From: Candidatus Latescibacterota bacterium
GTDB lineage: Bacteria; Latescibacterota; UBA2968; UBA8231
DNA length: 64,000 nt
Assembly: GCA_965203355.1 (NCBI GenBank)
Contig: OZ241889.1
Coordinates: 2,112,001-2,176,000, forward strand
Direction: 5' to 3'
Made by a program: the position numbers and the translations under genes. How positions within the stretch are numbered: position 1 is the stretch's first letter; the number at the start of each line of letters is the position of its first letter. Shown here one piece after another: positions 38,360 through 47,947 of this stretch. Below the pieces are notes generated by a model. That model saw nothing but the letters and a program-made list of their open reading frames with translations. It made no database searches and had not been told where the DNA came from.

Positions 38360-40150
38360 GTGGCCACAGAATACAAAGGCCCCAAATACGTCGTCGTGAC
38401 CGGCGGCGTGATAAGCGGCGTGGGCAAGGGCTTGACCACTGCTTCCATCGGCAAGATCCTGCAGCAATACGGCTACAGCACCACGGCCGTCAAGATCGAT
38501 CCGTATATCAACTACGACGCCGGCACCATGCGGCCCACCGAGCACGGCGAAGTGTGGGTGACGGACGATGGCGGCGAAATCGATCAGGATTTGGGCAATT
38601 ATGAGCGCTTCTTGGGGTTGGACCTGCCGCGCTCCAACAACCTGACCACCGGGCAGATTTACCTCACGGTCATCGAGCGCGAGCGCCGCGGCGAATACCT
38701 CGGCGAGACCGTGCAGCCGATCCCGCACATTACGGACGAAATCACCCGCCGCTTGCAGGAGGCGGGGGCGAGCTACGACATCGTGTTGGTCGAGATTGGC
38801 GGCATTGTCGGCGACTACGAAAACGAGCCGTTTCTCTTCGCGGTGAAGACCTTGGAACGCGACTTGGGCGAGGAGCACTTTGCCCACCTGCTAATCACCT
38901 ATCTGCCGATACCGCCACACGTCGGCGAAATGAAGACCAAGCCCACGCAGCAGGCCATTCGCATGCTCAGCGAGCACGGCATTTTTCCCGACTTCATCGT
39001 CTGTCGCGCCGAGACCGCCACCGACGAAGCGCGCAAGAAAAAGATCCAGATCGGGGCCAACGTGCCCTACGACCACATTATTTCGGCCCCGGACTCGGAG
39101 ACGATCTACAACATCCCGCTGGTTTTGGAAGAGGAGCGGCTCGGCGAGAAGATCCTCAGTCGGCTCGGCTGCACCCCCAAGAAGACGCCAGACTGGCGGC
39201 CTTGGCTGGAATTGGTCAAGCGCAGTCGGCAGCCGCGCCAGTGCGTCCGCGTGGCCATGGTGGGCAAATACGTGGTCACGGGCGACTTTCAACTTACGGA
39301 CTCGTACATCTCGGTCAACCAATCGCTGATACACGCTGGCGTGGCGTCGGACGCGCGGGTCGAGATCACTTGGATTGACGGCCATCAGTTTGAGCGCGGC
39401 GAAATGGAGCTCGCTGCGCTCGCCGCATTCGATGGCATTATCGTCCCCGGGGCCTTTGGCGCTGGGGGGGCGGAAGGCGTGATTGCAGCCATTCGCTACG
39501 CCCGCGAGCACAACATCCCCTATTTGGGCTTGTGCTACGGCTTGCAACTGGCCGTGATCGAATACGCCCGCCATGTCGCCGGGATCGCCGAGGCTACTTC
39601 CGAAGAGTTCGACGCGGATTCCGAGTGGCAGGTCATCTGCGTCCAAGACGCCGAGCAAAAGAGCGCGCTAAAAGAAAATCGCTACGGTGGCAGCATGCGC
39701 TTGGGCGCGTACGCGGCCGTGTTCAAAAGCGACAGCCGCGTCCACCAGATTTACGAAGCGTCGGGTCGCCTCGATGAAGACGCCCGCCGCATCGAACAAC
39801 TGCTGGCCAATCCCGACCAAGCGTTCCGCGTTGGCTTGGTCATGCTGGAGCGCGACAAAGTCGCCCTGGAGCGCCACCGCCATCGCTACGAGGTCTCGCC
39901 CCGCTTCGTCGAATTGCTCGAAGAGGAGGGGTTGGTCTTTTCGGGGTATCACCGCCGCGGAGACGGCACGCGCTTGATGGAGTTTCTCGAATTGTCGGAC
40001 CACCGCTTCTTTATCGCGACCCAAGCCCATCCCGAGTTCAAGTCGCGGATGGACAATCCTTCGCCCCTGTTTGCCGGGTTTGTCGAGGCCGCGCTGGCCT
40101 ACCAACAGGAGGTCGCAAACCATGGGGAGGGGCAGGCGGCGGCCTCCTAA
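38360..40150 (+). CDS. pyrG: CTP synthase
   Basis: 'TGGVISGVGKG', 'KTKPTQ', 'GLCYG', 'ERHRHRYEV', 'QAHPE'; GTG start after AAGGAG. Confidence 0.95.
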   Translation: MATEYKGPKYVVVTGGVISGVGKGLTTASIGKILQQYGYSTTAVKIDPYINYDAGTMRPTEHGEVWVTDDGGEIDQDLGNYERFLGLDLPRSNNLTTGQIYLTVIERERRGEYLGETVQPIPHITDEITRRLQEAGASYDIVLVEIGGIVGDYENEPFLFAVKTLERDLGEEHFAHLLITYLPIPPHVGEMKTKPTQQAIRMLSEHGIFPDFIVCRAETATDEARKKKIQIGANVPYDHIISAPDSETIYNIPLVLEEERLGEKILSRLGCTPKKTPDWRPWLELVKRSRQPRQCVRVAMVGKYVVTGDFQLTDSYISVNQSLIHAGVASDARVEITWIDGHQFERGEMELAALAAFDGIIVPGAFGAGGAEGVIAAIRYAREHNIPYLGLCYGLQLAVIEYARHVAGIAEATSEEFDADSEWQVICVQDAEQKSALKENRYGGSMRLGAYAAVFKSDSRVHQIYEASGRLDEDARRIEQLLANPDQAFRVGLVMLERDKVALERHRHRYEVSPRFVELLEEEGLVFSGYHRRGDGTRLMEFLELSDHRFFIATQAHPEFKSRMDNPSPLFAGFVEAALAYQQEVANHGEGQAAAS

Positions 40151-40175
40151 CTGGGTGGGTAATACCATCGTCTCA

Positions 40176-41984
40176 ATGGGCCGCGCTTTCCCCAGGGGAG
40201 CGCGGCTTTTTCGCGCCGGGTGTTGCGGGGCGGTGCTTTGGGCCTGTGGCGCGGGAGACGGGTCCGAAGAGCCGTTGCAAATTCCCGAAGTTGATGGGGA
40301 AGCATGGGACGCGCACATCGAGATGGGCCGCCCCGGCTACCGCATCCAGATCCGCGCCGCTTATTTGCGCGAATTTTCCAAGTCAGAGCAGGTCGTCGCC
40401 ACGGGCGGCGTAGAGGTTGCGTTCCGCGGCGACGAGGCCGTTTCAACGCTGAGGGCCGAGCGCTTGGTGCTAGAGCACAAGCGGGATCGCTTTGGCGTAG
40501 CGGGCGGCGTGGTTTTGCACGCTGGGGACAGCCTAGAGGTGCAGGCCGATACCCTGTTGTGGGAAAGTGCGCACGAGCAGTTGCGCATTCCGGGTGCGCT
40601 GCGCGTGGAGGTGAGCCAAGGACGGGAGTGGGGCCGCAATCTCACGAGCAATTTCGCCGTGGATGCGTGGTCTTTGGAAGCGGTCGAAGGGCTTTGGCGC
40701 GGCCGGGATGGGATGATGGTGGAGGTGCGCGCCCAACGCGAGGAAAGCCGCCGCGTCGCCGGGGTGCAAGAGATCGCCTACGACAGCGTCGAGGTGCGCT
40801 ACGATGGCGTGCGATTGACCGGGCCACGCGCCGCGTTTTTTCCCGAGGCTCGTCGCTTTGACATCAGCGGTGGAGTCGAGGGCGTCGATTCGCTGGCGCA
40901 GTTTGCCGCCGCCGAAGTGGTGGTGGATGCAGCAAAGCAGCGGCTAGTGGCGCAGGGCGCGGTCCGCTACCGAGAAGAGGGCGTTGAACTGCGGGCTACA
41001 AAAGTAGAGGAAGATCGCAACGCCGCGTTATTGCAAGCCCTCGGGGAGCCAGCGATCTTTGTGCAGGGGGAGCGGCGGGTCGAGGCGCGCCAGTTGGCGT
41101 ATTCGCGTTCCGAGCGGGAACTGACGGCGCAGGACGGGGTCGTCTTGCGCGATGGCGCCCGCGTGCTGACGGCCCAAACCCTCGGCTATACGCGCGATGG
41201 CCAAGTCCACGCCGAAGGCGCGGTCGCGCTAAAGGCACCCGAGCTGGATGGCTCGCTCGCTGGCGATTCGCTCTTTTTTGACTTGGAGCAGGAGGCTGGC
41301 TGGTTGCGGGGTGCTCCTTCGCTGCGCCAGCGTGCGCTCGTGCTCGCGGCGCCTGTACTGCGGTTTGATCTCGTGCGGAGCCGGTTGGCCGGGACGGGCG
41401 GTTTTGCCCTGCGCGCCGAAGGGGTAGAGGTTGCGGCCGCACGCGGTGCGTACGAAGCGGATTCGGCACGGGTGCGGGTCGCCGAGGGCGTGGTGTTGGA
41501 AGAACGGGACCCCGAGCGCGACTATCACAGCCGCCTGATGGCCGATTCGATGATCGTCGCCTTGGCGGACAGCCAAGTCGAGTGGATCGCCATACCCGGC
41601 CAAGTGAGCGGCCAAATTGAAGTGGGCGACCGCCATAGTTGGATCGAGGGGCAGGGCGGGCAAGTCTTTATGGCCGATGGCGACTTGGAGCGGGTTGAAG
41701 TGCGTGCCGCAGCCGACGTGACGCACCGCCGAGCCGAAAATGAAGAGATCAATCGCTTTCGCGGGCAGCAGATGACCCTGTACTTTGACCCGGCGGGGTT
41801 GCACCGTGCCTTGGTAAAGGGCGCGGCCGAATTGGTCACGCGCCTGCAAGAGGGCGACGAGGTTTCCGTCAACGAGGTCAGCGGCGAAGCGTTGGATATC
41901 CGCTTTGTCGAAGGATCGCTGGCTGAGGTGCGAGTTGGCCCGGAGATTGAGGGCCGTTATTATCCGCCCGCAGAGGAGCCGTAA
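40176..41984 (+). CDS. LptC/LptA (OstA beta-jellyroll repeat) LPS-transport protein
   Basis: Lipobox-like 'LWAC'; repeated beta-rich 'A.G.V' units; 'ADTLLWES', 'LMADSMIV'; directly upstream of lptB. Confidence 0.72.
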   Translation: MGRAFPRGARLFRAGCCGAVLWACGAGDGSEEPLQIPEVDGEAWDAHIEMGRPGYRIQIRAAYLREFSKSEQVVATGGVEVAFRGDEAVSTLRAERLVLEHKRDRFGVAGGVVLHAGDSLEVQADTLLWESAHEQLRIPGALRVEVSQGREWGRNLTSNFAVDAWSLEAVEGLWRGRDGMMVEVRAQREESRRVAGVQEIAYDSVEVRYDGVRLTGPRAAFFPEARRFDISGGVEGVDSLAQFAAAEVVVDAAKQRLVAQGAVRYREEGVELRATKVEEDRNAALLQALGEPAIFVQGERRVEARQLAYSRSERELTAQDGVVLRDGARVLTAQTLGYTRDGQVHAEGAVALKAPELDGSLAGDSLFFDLEQEAGWLRGAPSLRQRALVLAAPVLRFDLVRSRLAGTGGFALRAEGVEVAAARGAYEADSARVRVAEGVVLEERDPERDYHSRLMADSMIVALADSQVEWIAIPGQVSGQIEVGDRHSWIEGQGGQVFMADGDLERVEVRAAADVTHRRAENEEINRFRGQQMTLYFDPAGLHRALVKGAAELVTRLQEGDEVSVNEVSGEALDIRFVEGSLAEVRVGPEIEGRYYPPAEEP

Positions 41985-41985
41985 G

Positions 41986-42717
41986 GTGGCATTGGAAACG
42001 CACGTATTGAGCAAGCACTACGGGGGGCGCGCCGTCGTCGACAAAGTCAGCATCCGCGTCGAGCCGGGGGAGGTCGTCGGCCTGTTGGGCCCCAATGGCG
42101 CGGGCAAGACCACGACCTTTCACAGCATAGTCGGCTTTGCCGCGCCGGACCGGGGCCGCATTTTGCTCAACGATGCGGATATCACCGGGCTGCCAATGTA
42201 TCGCCGGGCGCAGATGGGCATTGGCTATCTGCCGCAGGAGACCTCCATTTTTCGCAAGTTGAGCGTGGCCGACAACATTCGCGCCGTATTGGAAGCGCGC
42301 GGGCTCGACAAAGCGCACATTGCCGCACGCCAACGGCAACTGCTAACCGAACTGGACTTGCTAGAACGCGCCAATCAGCGCGCCGACACGCTTTCGGGCG
42401 GCGAAACGCGCCGGGTTGAGATCGCGCGGGCCTTGGCCGGCGAGCCGCACTACATGCTCCTCGACGAGCCTTTTGCCGGTATTGATCCGCGCACGGTCGA
42501 AGACATCCAAAACATCATCGCCGCACTGAGAAACCGGGGTCTCGGCGTACTGATTACCGACCACAACGTGCGCGAGACCTTGGAGATCGCCGCGCGCGCC
42601 TATATCCTGGTGGATGGTAAAATTTTAACCGCGGGCACGGCCGAGGAGCTAATTGCCAACGAGCAGGTGCGGCGGATCTACCTCGGCGAGCGCTTTAGTT
42701 GGCGGGTCGATCGGTAG
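41986..42717 (+). CDS. lptB: LPS export ABC transporter ATPase
   Basis: 'GLLGPNGAGKTT', 'YLPQE.SIFRKL', 'LSGGE.RRVEIAR', 'LDEPFAGIDP', 'ITDHNVRETL'. Confidence 0.95.
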   Translation: MALETHVLSKHYGGRAVVDKVSIRVEPGEVVGLLGPNGAGKTTTFHSIVGFAAPDRGRILLNDADITGLPMYRRAQMGIGYLPQETSIFRKLSVADNIRAVLEARGLDKAHIAARQRQLLTELDLLERANQRADTLSGGETRRVEIARALAGEPHYMLLDEPFAGIDPRTVEDIQNIIAALRNRGLGVLITDHNVRETLEIAARAYILVDGKILTAGTAEELIANEQVRRIYLGERFSWRVDR

Positions 42718-42817
42718 GCGCGTTTGCACCTTGACTTTTCGCGCTGTACGGGCTTGTTTTTATAGCTGCAGTCAAGACAGGATTTTTCATTAAATGATTA
42801 ATTTACAATAATTTATA

Positions 42818-44272
42818 ATGATTCGTTCCGGGCAAAGTGCCAGCTTACGCCTCCAGCACAGGATGGCGCCGCACCTCATCAAGTCTCTGCGGCTTTTGCA
42901 GATGTCCACCTTGGATTTGGCGCTGGAGGTCCAGCAACAACTCGAAGAAAACCCCTTGCTTGAAGAGGTCGTTGAACTGGGCGAAGAGGAGGTGCGCGAG
43001 CGCGAGGAGGGGATCAAGGAAGAGGAGGAACTGCCCGCGGACTTGGAGGAGGTCGATTGGGACGCGCTGTTGGACGACCAGTTCGACGCGGGCGCGTACA
43101 ATAGCGAGCGCACGGAATACGATTCCAACTGGGAGGCCAACCGCGAGCCACAGGAAAACCGCATCACCGCCATGCCGCCCCTCTTAGAGCACCTGTACCG
43201 TCAGCTAGGTGAGATTGGCGATTTGGGACCGGAAGATCGCAAAATCGCCGAGTACATCATCGGCAGTATTGACGAGCGCGGTTACGTTGGCTGTTTGCTT
43301 GCCGAAATCGCCGATGATCTACAAGTGGAAGTGGCTGCGGTCGAAAGAGTACTGCGCGTCATTCAGTCTTTTGACCCGCCTGGAGTCGGCGCACGCGACT
43401 TGCGCGAGTGTCTGATGATCCAGTTGAGCCAGCGCGACGATTTGCTCAGTGCGCTGGCCTTTCAGGTGGTGCGCGACCATTTAGAGAATCTGACGCAGCG
43501 GCGGCGGCGGCCCATCACCCGCGCCTTGGCCATCTCCGACGAGAAGCTCAAAGAGGTTTTGCAGGTTATTGAGCACTTACAGCCGCATCCGGGCCTATTG
43601 GCCAGCAGTGCCTACGACAATCTTTTGACGCTGGACAGCGAAGTCGAGTACATCACGCCGGACTTGATCGTCGAAAAAATTAGCGAGGAGTGGCAGGTGT
43701 GGCTGGCCGATGGGTCCATGCCGTCCTTACAAGTCAATTCTGAATACCAGCATCTGCTCGACAATGCCCGTGGCGACGGGGTGGTCAAGGACTACGTGGC
43801 CAAGCATCTCAACGACGCCCGCTGGTTCATCCAGGCCATCCATCAGCGCCGCACGACCATACTCAAGGTGGGTAACTACTTGTTGCAGGCGCAGTTGCCC
43901 TTTTTCGAGCAAGGGCCATCGCGGTTGCGGCCCTTGGTCTTGCAGGACGTGGCTGACGCCGTGGGAATGCACGTATCGACGATTAGCCGCGTCAGCAACG
44001 GCAAGTACATCCAGACGCCGCACGGGGTTTTTGAACTGAAGTACTTCTTCGACAACAAGCTCAGCACGGACGAGGGCGAAGATGTGTCCGTGCGCTCGGT
44101 GAAGGAGAAAGTTGCCCAGCTCGTCGCCGAGGAGGACAAGGTCCGGCCGCTTTCGGACCAACAGATCGTCGAGGAGTTGAGCAAGAATGGCTTGAAAATT
44201 GCACGCCGCACGGTGGCCAAATATCGCGGTCAGCTAAAAATTCCGGCGCAGCGTTACCGGCGGGAGTTGTAG
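42818..44272 (+). CDS. rpoN: RNA polymerase sigma-54 factor
   Basis: 'LEENPLLE', 'DPPGVGARDLRECL', 'MHVSTISR', RpoN box 'ARRTVAKYR'. Confidence 0.96.
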   Translation: MIRSGQSASLRLQHRMAPHLIKSLRLLQMSTLDLALEVQQQLEENPLLEEVVELGEEEVREREEGIKEEEELPADLEEVDWDALLDDQFDAGAYNSERTEYDSNWEANREPQENRITAMPPLLEHLYRQLGEIGDLGPEDRKIAEYIIGSIDERGYVGCLLAEIADDLQVEVAAVERVLRVIQSFDPPGVGARDLRECLMIQLSQRDDLLSALAFQVVRDHLENLTQRRRRPITRALAISDEKLKEVLQVIEHLQPHPGLLASSAYDNLLTLDSEVEYITPDLIVEKISEEWQVWLADGSMPSLQVNSEYQHLLDNARGDGVVKDYVAKHLNDARWFIQAIHQRRTTILKVGNYLLQAQLPFFEQGPSRLRPLVLQDVADAVGMHVSTISRVSNGKYIQTPHGVFELKYFFDNKLSTDEGEDVSVRSVKEKVAQLVAEEDKVRPLSDQQIVEELSKNGLKIARRTVAKYRGQLKIPAQRYRREL

Positions 44273-44339
44273 AGAGGCGGGCGGGCTGAGGTGGTTACAA
44301 CGCGCATCTTCTATTAATCCCCATCTCGTATTTTTCGAC

Positions 44340-45593
44340 TTAGCGCAATCGCCCCGCGCTGTCAAAAGCCATATCGGCCAGTGCGCCGATTTGCTCTAGG
44401 TCGGGGTGCGCGCCGAACTCTCGCAGCAAACTTGCGGATAGGTGGATGTGGCCGATGTCGAGGGTGTTTTTGATGCGGACGACGCGCGCCTGTTCGGGGT
44501 TGGGCAGGTTTTGCACCGAAAGCGCGGCTTCAATGGCCTCGCGGTCGGTTGCCATGACGACGGGGATGTACGCGCGATTGAGGAAAGTGGTGGTGAAGAC
44601 GTTGGCGTACGTGGCCGCGAAGTCGATGCGCTCGTACAGGCGGCGGGTGATGATGTCGGCGAGGCCGACGCCGTTGGCATTGCCGTGGGTTTCGTCGGTC
44701 AGATCGAGTACCGCGATGCGGGCCGCGCTTGGGGATTCTGGTTCTTTGACGCCGGGCAGGAGCATGCGGCCGACGACGTTGGTGTCCATGCCCGTGCCCG
44801 AGATATTCTTGCCGATTTGTTCGATGATCAGCAGGTCGATGCCTTGGACTAAGATGCGGGGCATGGCGCGCCGTGCTGCGGCCAAAAGCTGCGGCTCGCG
44901 GCTTGGGAACTGCCGAGGTTGTAGTGCTTCGACGCAGAGCGTCTCTTCATAGGCGTTTTCGACGATGGCTAAGCCCATGAGAATCGGCGCTTGCTCGAGG
45001 ATGCAGCGGCCCCAAGCCGGGATCAGGCGGGCGAGGCCCTCGGCGCCGCCGGCGTGGGCCATAGTCGCGCCTTTGTGGCTACCTAGGCCAATGGTCATCA
45101 TCTTCATCAGGCCGCTTTCAAAGGTCCCGCGGAAGGAGGTGTGCGGCTTGACGCGATTGATGAGCACCACGCCATCGGCTTCGGTGGCGAGCCGGTTGAG
45201 CAGCACCGGGGTGCCGTCGTCGAGTTGGGCGACCTCGACGACATCCATAGTGGCCTCAACCGGGCAGCCCACGCGCTCAGCGTCGAGACCGTAGCTAGCC
45301 AGCACCTGCTTTTGGCCCTCGGCAGTGGCGCCGCCGTGGCTGCCCATAGCGGGCAGCAGGAAGGGCGCGCCGCCAGCCTCTTTGATGCAGTCGATAACAG
45401 TGCGGGTGATGAGCTGGATGTTGGCGATGCCGCGGCTGCCGCCCGTAACGGCGATTCGCGCACCGGGGGCGATAGCGTCGGCCAGACCGGCTTGCGCTAG
45501 CTGGCCGCGGACCTCGCCCGCCACGTCGTCGAGCGAGTCGCTGGCAAAGTGCTGCTTGACCGGAGCCATTTGCGGTAGTTGCATGGCCGGCAT
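44340..45593 (-). CDS. Lactate racemase (LarA)-like / DUF362-type protein
   Basis: 'GSRGIANI', 'PAMGSHGGATAEGQ', 'INRVKPHT', 'ESGLMKM', 'GKNISGTGMD.NV', 'GNANGVG.AD'. Confidence 0.75.
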   Translation of the reverse strand: MPAMQLPQMAPVKQHFASDSLDDVAGEVRGQLAQAGLADAIAPGARIAVTGGSRGIANIQLITRTVIDCIKEAGGAPFLLPAMGSHGGATAEGQKQVLASYGLDAERVGCPVEATMDVVEVAQLDDGTPVLLNRLATEADGVVLINRVKPHTSFRGTFESGLMKMMTIGLGSHKGATMAHAGGAEGLARLIPAWGRCILEQAPILMGLAIVENAYEETLCVEALQPRQFPSREPQLLAAARRAMPRILVQGIDLLIIEQIGKNISGTGMDTNVVGRMLLPGVKEPESPSAARIAVLDLTDETHGNANGVGLADIITRRLYERIDFAATYANVFTTTFLNRAYIPVVMATDREAIEAALSVQNLPNPEQARVVRIKNTLDIGHIHLSASLLREFGAHPDLEQIGALADMAFDSAGRLR

Positions 45594-45595
45594 CG

Positions 45596-46162
45596 CTAGC
45601 TCTCAACTAGGGCGGTGCGCAGGCGCTGGGCGCGCTCGAGGATCGGCCGGGCCGGTTTGGGCACCGGCTCGGTAGCCGGGGCGATTTTCCAGATAAAGAC
45701 GACCGGGCCTTCTTCGGCAAAATGCTGGTCGAGCTTGGCGTCGAAGTCCTCGTCGGTGTCGATGGTATAGACGCGCTGAAGGCCGGCCCCACGGCAAATT
45801 TGCTCGTAGTTGATAAAGGCAGCACCGGGCACCGGCTGACTGCCGGTTACTTCGTACGTGCCGTTTTCAGTGATGACGAGGGTCAGATTAGGAGCCGGGC
45901 GCTGGGCCAAGGTGACGAGGACGCCCAGCGACATGAGGGTGCTGCCGTCGCCGTTGATGCACAAGACCCGGCGCTCGGGCTGGGCAATGGCCAAGCCCAA
46001 CGCAAAGTCGGCGGCGTGGCCCATGGCGCTTTCGACGTGGGCAAAGTCCAGCGGGCCGTCGGAGTGCGCGGCCCAAGGCATGGCCACGCTCATGGTGGTG
46101 ACCACGACTTCGTCCGTGCGCTGGGCGGCTAGTTTTGCGAGACAGGTGTATTTGTCGAGCAT
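45596..46162 (-). CDS. ThDP-dependent decarboxylase beta subunit (ComE/phosphonopyruvate decarboxylase-like)
   Basis: ThDP motif 'GDGSTLM...EN..Y..TGSQP'. Confidence 0.82.
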   Translation of the reverse strand: MLDKYTCLAKLAAQRTDEVVVTTMSVAMPWAAHSDGPLDFAHVESAMGHAADFALGLAIAQPERRVLCINGDGSTLMSLGVLVTLAQRPAPNLTLVITENGTYEVTGSQPVPGAAFINYEQICRGAGLQRVYTIDTDEDFDAKLDQHFAEEGPVVFIWKIAPATEPVPKPARPILERAQRLRTALVES

Positions 46163-46163
46163 C

Positions 46164-46658
46164 TTATGCGGTCTCCGCGACCAGTAGCACAGCCGTTGGC
46201 TGCGAAGTCTCTTGGGCCTTGGCGAACGCGGCGTCGATTTGGCCGCAGTCGCCATCGGTGTGCATGGCACTGTAGGGGATGTTCCAAGCCTTGAGCGTTG
46301 GCTCGAAGAAGGTGGCGGCCGTATCGACCCGGGGGGCATCTGGGGCCAAGGTCGCGTAGCCTCGGTAGCCGACGAGCATGACGAGCGGAATGCCCATGTT
46401 GTAGGCCGTGCCGCGAAAGGCGTCGCCGGCCTCCAAAAAGCCGGTGTTCTGGATAAGCACCAGCGGATGGGCACCACCCAAATACAGGCCGGAGGCCAAG
46501 CCATACGCCTCGCCTTCGCGGCTGGTGAGGATCACTTCGATGGTGTCGTGTTCCCACAGGCGCTCGTACAGGACGCACGAGCCGTTGTCTGGGACTCCTA
46601 ATACATGCGTAATGCCGTGCCGTTCGAGGGCAGCGATGATCTGGGCGGCGCTGATCAC
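46164..46658 (-). CDS. ThDP-dependent decarboxylase alpha subunit (ComD-like)
   Basis: 'GVPD', 'REGEA.GLASG.YLGG', 'LIQNTG', 'IPLVMLVGYRG'. Confidence 0.82.
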   Translation of the reverse strand: MISAAQIIAALERHGITHVLGVPDNGSCVLYERLWEHDTIEVILTSREGEAYGLASGLYLGGAHPLVLIQNTGFLEAGDAFRGTAYNMGIPLVMLVGYRGYATLAPDAPRVDTAATFFEPTLKAWNIPYSAMHTDGDCGQIDAAFAKAQETSQPTAVLLVAETA

Positions 46659-46662
46659 GGGA

Positions 46663-47859
46663 CTACTCGGCGAAGATCGCACGGGTGGCGATGCCGCTCT
46701 GATGGCCTTGCTGCTGGATGCCGCCGATGAACTGGGCGGTGCGACCCGCAGGTGCGGTGCCGGCGTAGTACGCGCTGAAGGACTCGTTGAAGGCGACCAA
46801 GCCAGCGCGATTTTGCGCGGAGTCGGCCCCGGCGACGATGTAGGCGTTGTTGAAGACGCCGTCCGCTTTGAGGCCCGCGCCGCCGGCTTCCTTGATCCGG
46901 GCGTCGAGTGCGCCGAGCTGTTGGCCGGCGTCGTTGCCGCCGACGGCTGAGACGTGGACTTCGCGCACGCCGTGGTGGCGCAGGGCCGCCCAGGTCGAGA
47001 AGCCGTCCTCGATCTGCCCCGAGCGGACGATCTCGACTTCGCCGGAGACCACGCGCGGCTGCGGCTCGATGATGCCGTCGAGATTAGGGATGCGCGACAC
47101 CGGGTAGATCAGGCCAGCGGGCCGGTCGTCGCCGTAGTAATCCGCAAAGACTTGGCGGGTGGTCTCGATGCGCTCCCAAGTTTTGGCTGGCGCGTCGTCC
47201 ACGGCCACGAGGATTTCCATGAATACGGTCTGCTTTTTGAAGTCAACGCCTTGCTCGGCAAAGGGCTTGGCGTATTGCTCGTCGAGTATAAAGCGCATTT
47301 CCTCGGCCAAGTCGGAGCCGAGTGTGGTGATCATTTTGCCATTGCGCTGGTGCATGACGGACGCGCCCGAGGGCTGGTGGTCGACCCAAGTACCGTAGTC
47401 GATTTTGCCGCTGCTGATGGCGACGGTCTCGCCGACACAGGCTTTGATCTGAGTTTCGAAGAGGGCCGCTGGATCCGGGAAACCTTCCGGGTGGGTGAAG
47501 CGGGCCATGCGGTTGGAGCGCAAGGGGCCGCCGGTGATCGCGGCGATCATAGGTCCGTAGCAGGCGTTGAAGTCGTTTTTGCGCTGGTCGCACTCGTCGC
47601 GGTCGGCAGAGGGGGTGGTCCACAGGACGTCGGTTTTGTACACATCCGACCAATGGACGCCGCAAATTTCGAGGCCCTTGTTGAGATTTTCGATGGTGCC
47701 GAACCACTCCGAGCCGACATCGTTGGCATATTGGGTGCCGACGTTGCCCGAAGGCTCGACGAGGCGCACGACGTGGCCGTTGTCGTCGGTGATAATTACT
47801 TCAGTGGGGTTGGAAAAGATGGCGATGGGGTTGTGGCGCACGATATTGACTTGGGCCAT
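46663..47859 (-). CDS. Hypothetical protein with three apparent RidA/YjgF-like repeats
   Basis: Three segments of pattern 'FN/F..Y....P.R....(I/F)P...(L/I)xE'; RBS GAGGAG. Confidence 0.55.
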   Translation of the reverse strand: MAQVNIVRHNPIAIFSNPTEVIITDDNGHVVRLVEPSGNVGTQYANDVGSEWFGTIENLNKGLEICGVHWSDVYKTDVLWTTPSADRDECDQRKNDFNACYGPMIAAITGGPLRSNRMARFTHPEGFPDPAALFETQIKACVGETVAISSGKIDYGTWVDHQPSGASVMHQRNGKMITTLGSDLAEEMRFILDEQYAKPFAEQGVDFKKQTVFMEILVAVDDAPAKTWERIETTRQVFADYYGDDRPAGLIYPVSRIPNLDGIIEPQPRVVSGEVEIVRSGQIEDGFSTWAALRHHGVREVHVSAVGGNDAGQQLGALDARIKEAGGAGLKADGVFNNAYIVAGADSAQNRAGLVAFNESFSAYYAGTAPAGRTAQFIGGIQQQGHQSGIATRAIFAE

Positions 47860-47947
47860 GAGCTCCTCGATTGATTTTGTGAAAGGTTGCCGCGAATTAT
47901 ATTGCAAAAAATAGGCGGTCTGCCGACGATAGACAAGGGAGGGGTGG

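Noticed and set aside
42731-42817. Sigma70 promoter for rpoN
   Set aside because: TTGACT and TATAAT-like hexamers are present, but I found no pair with acceptable spacing
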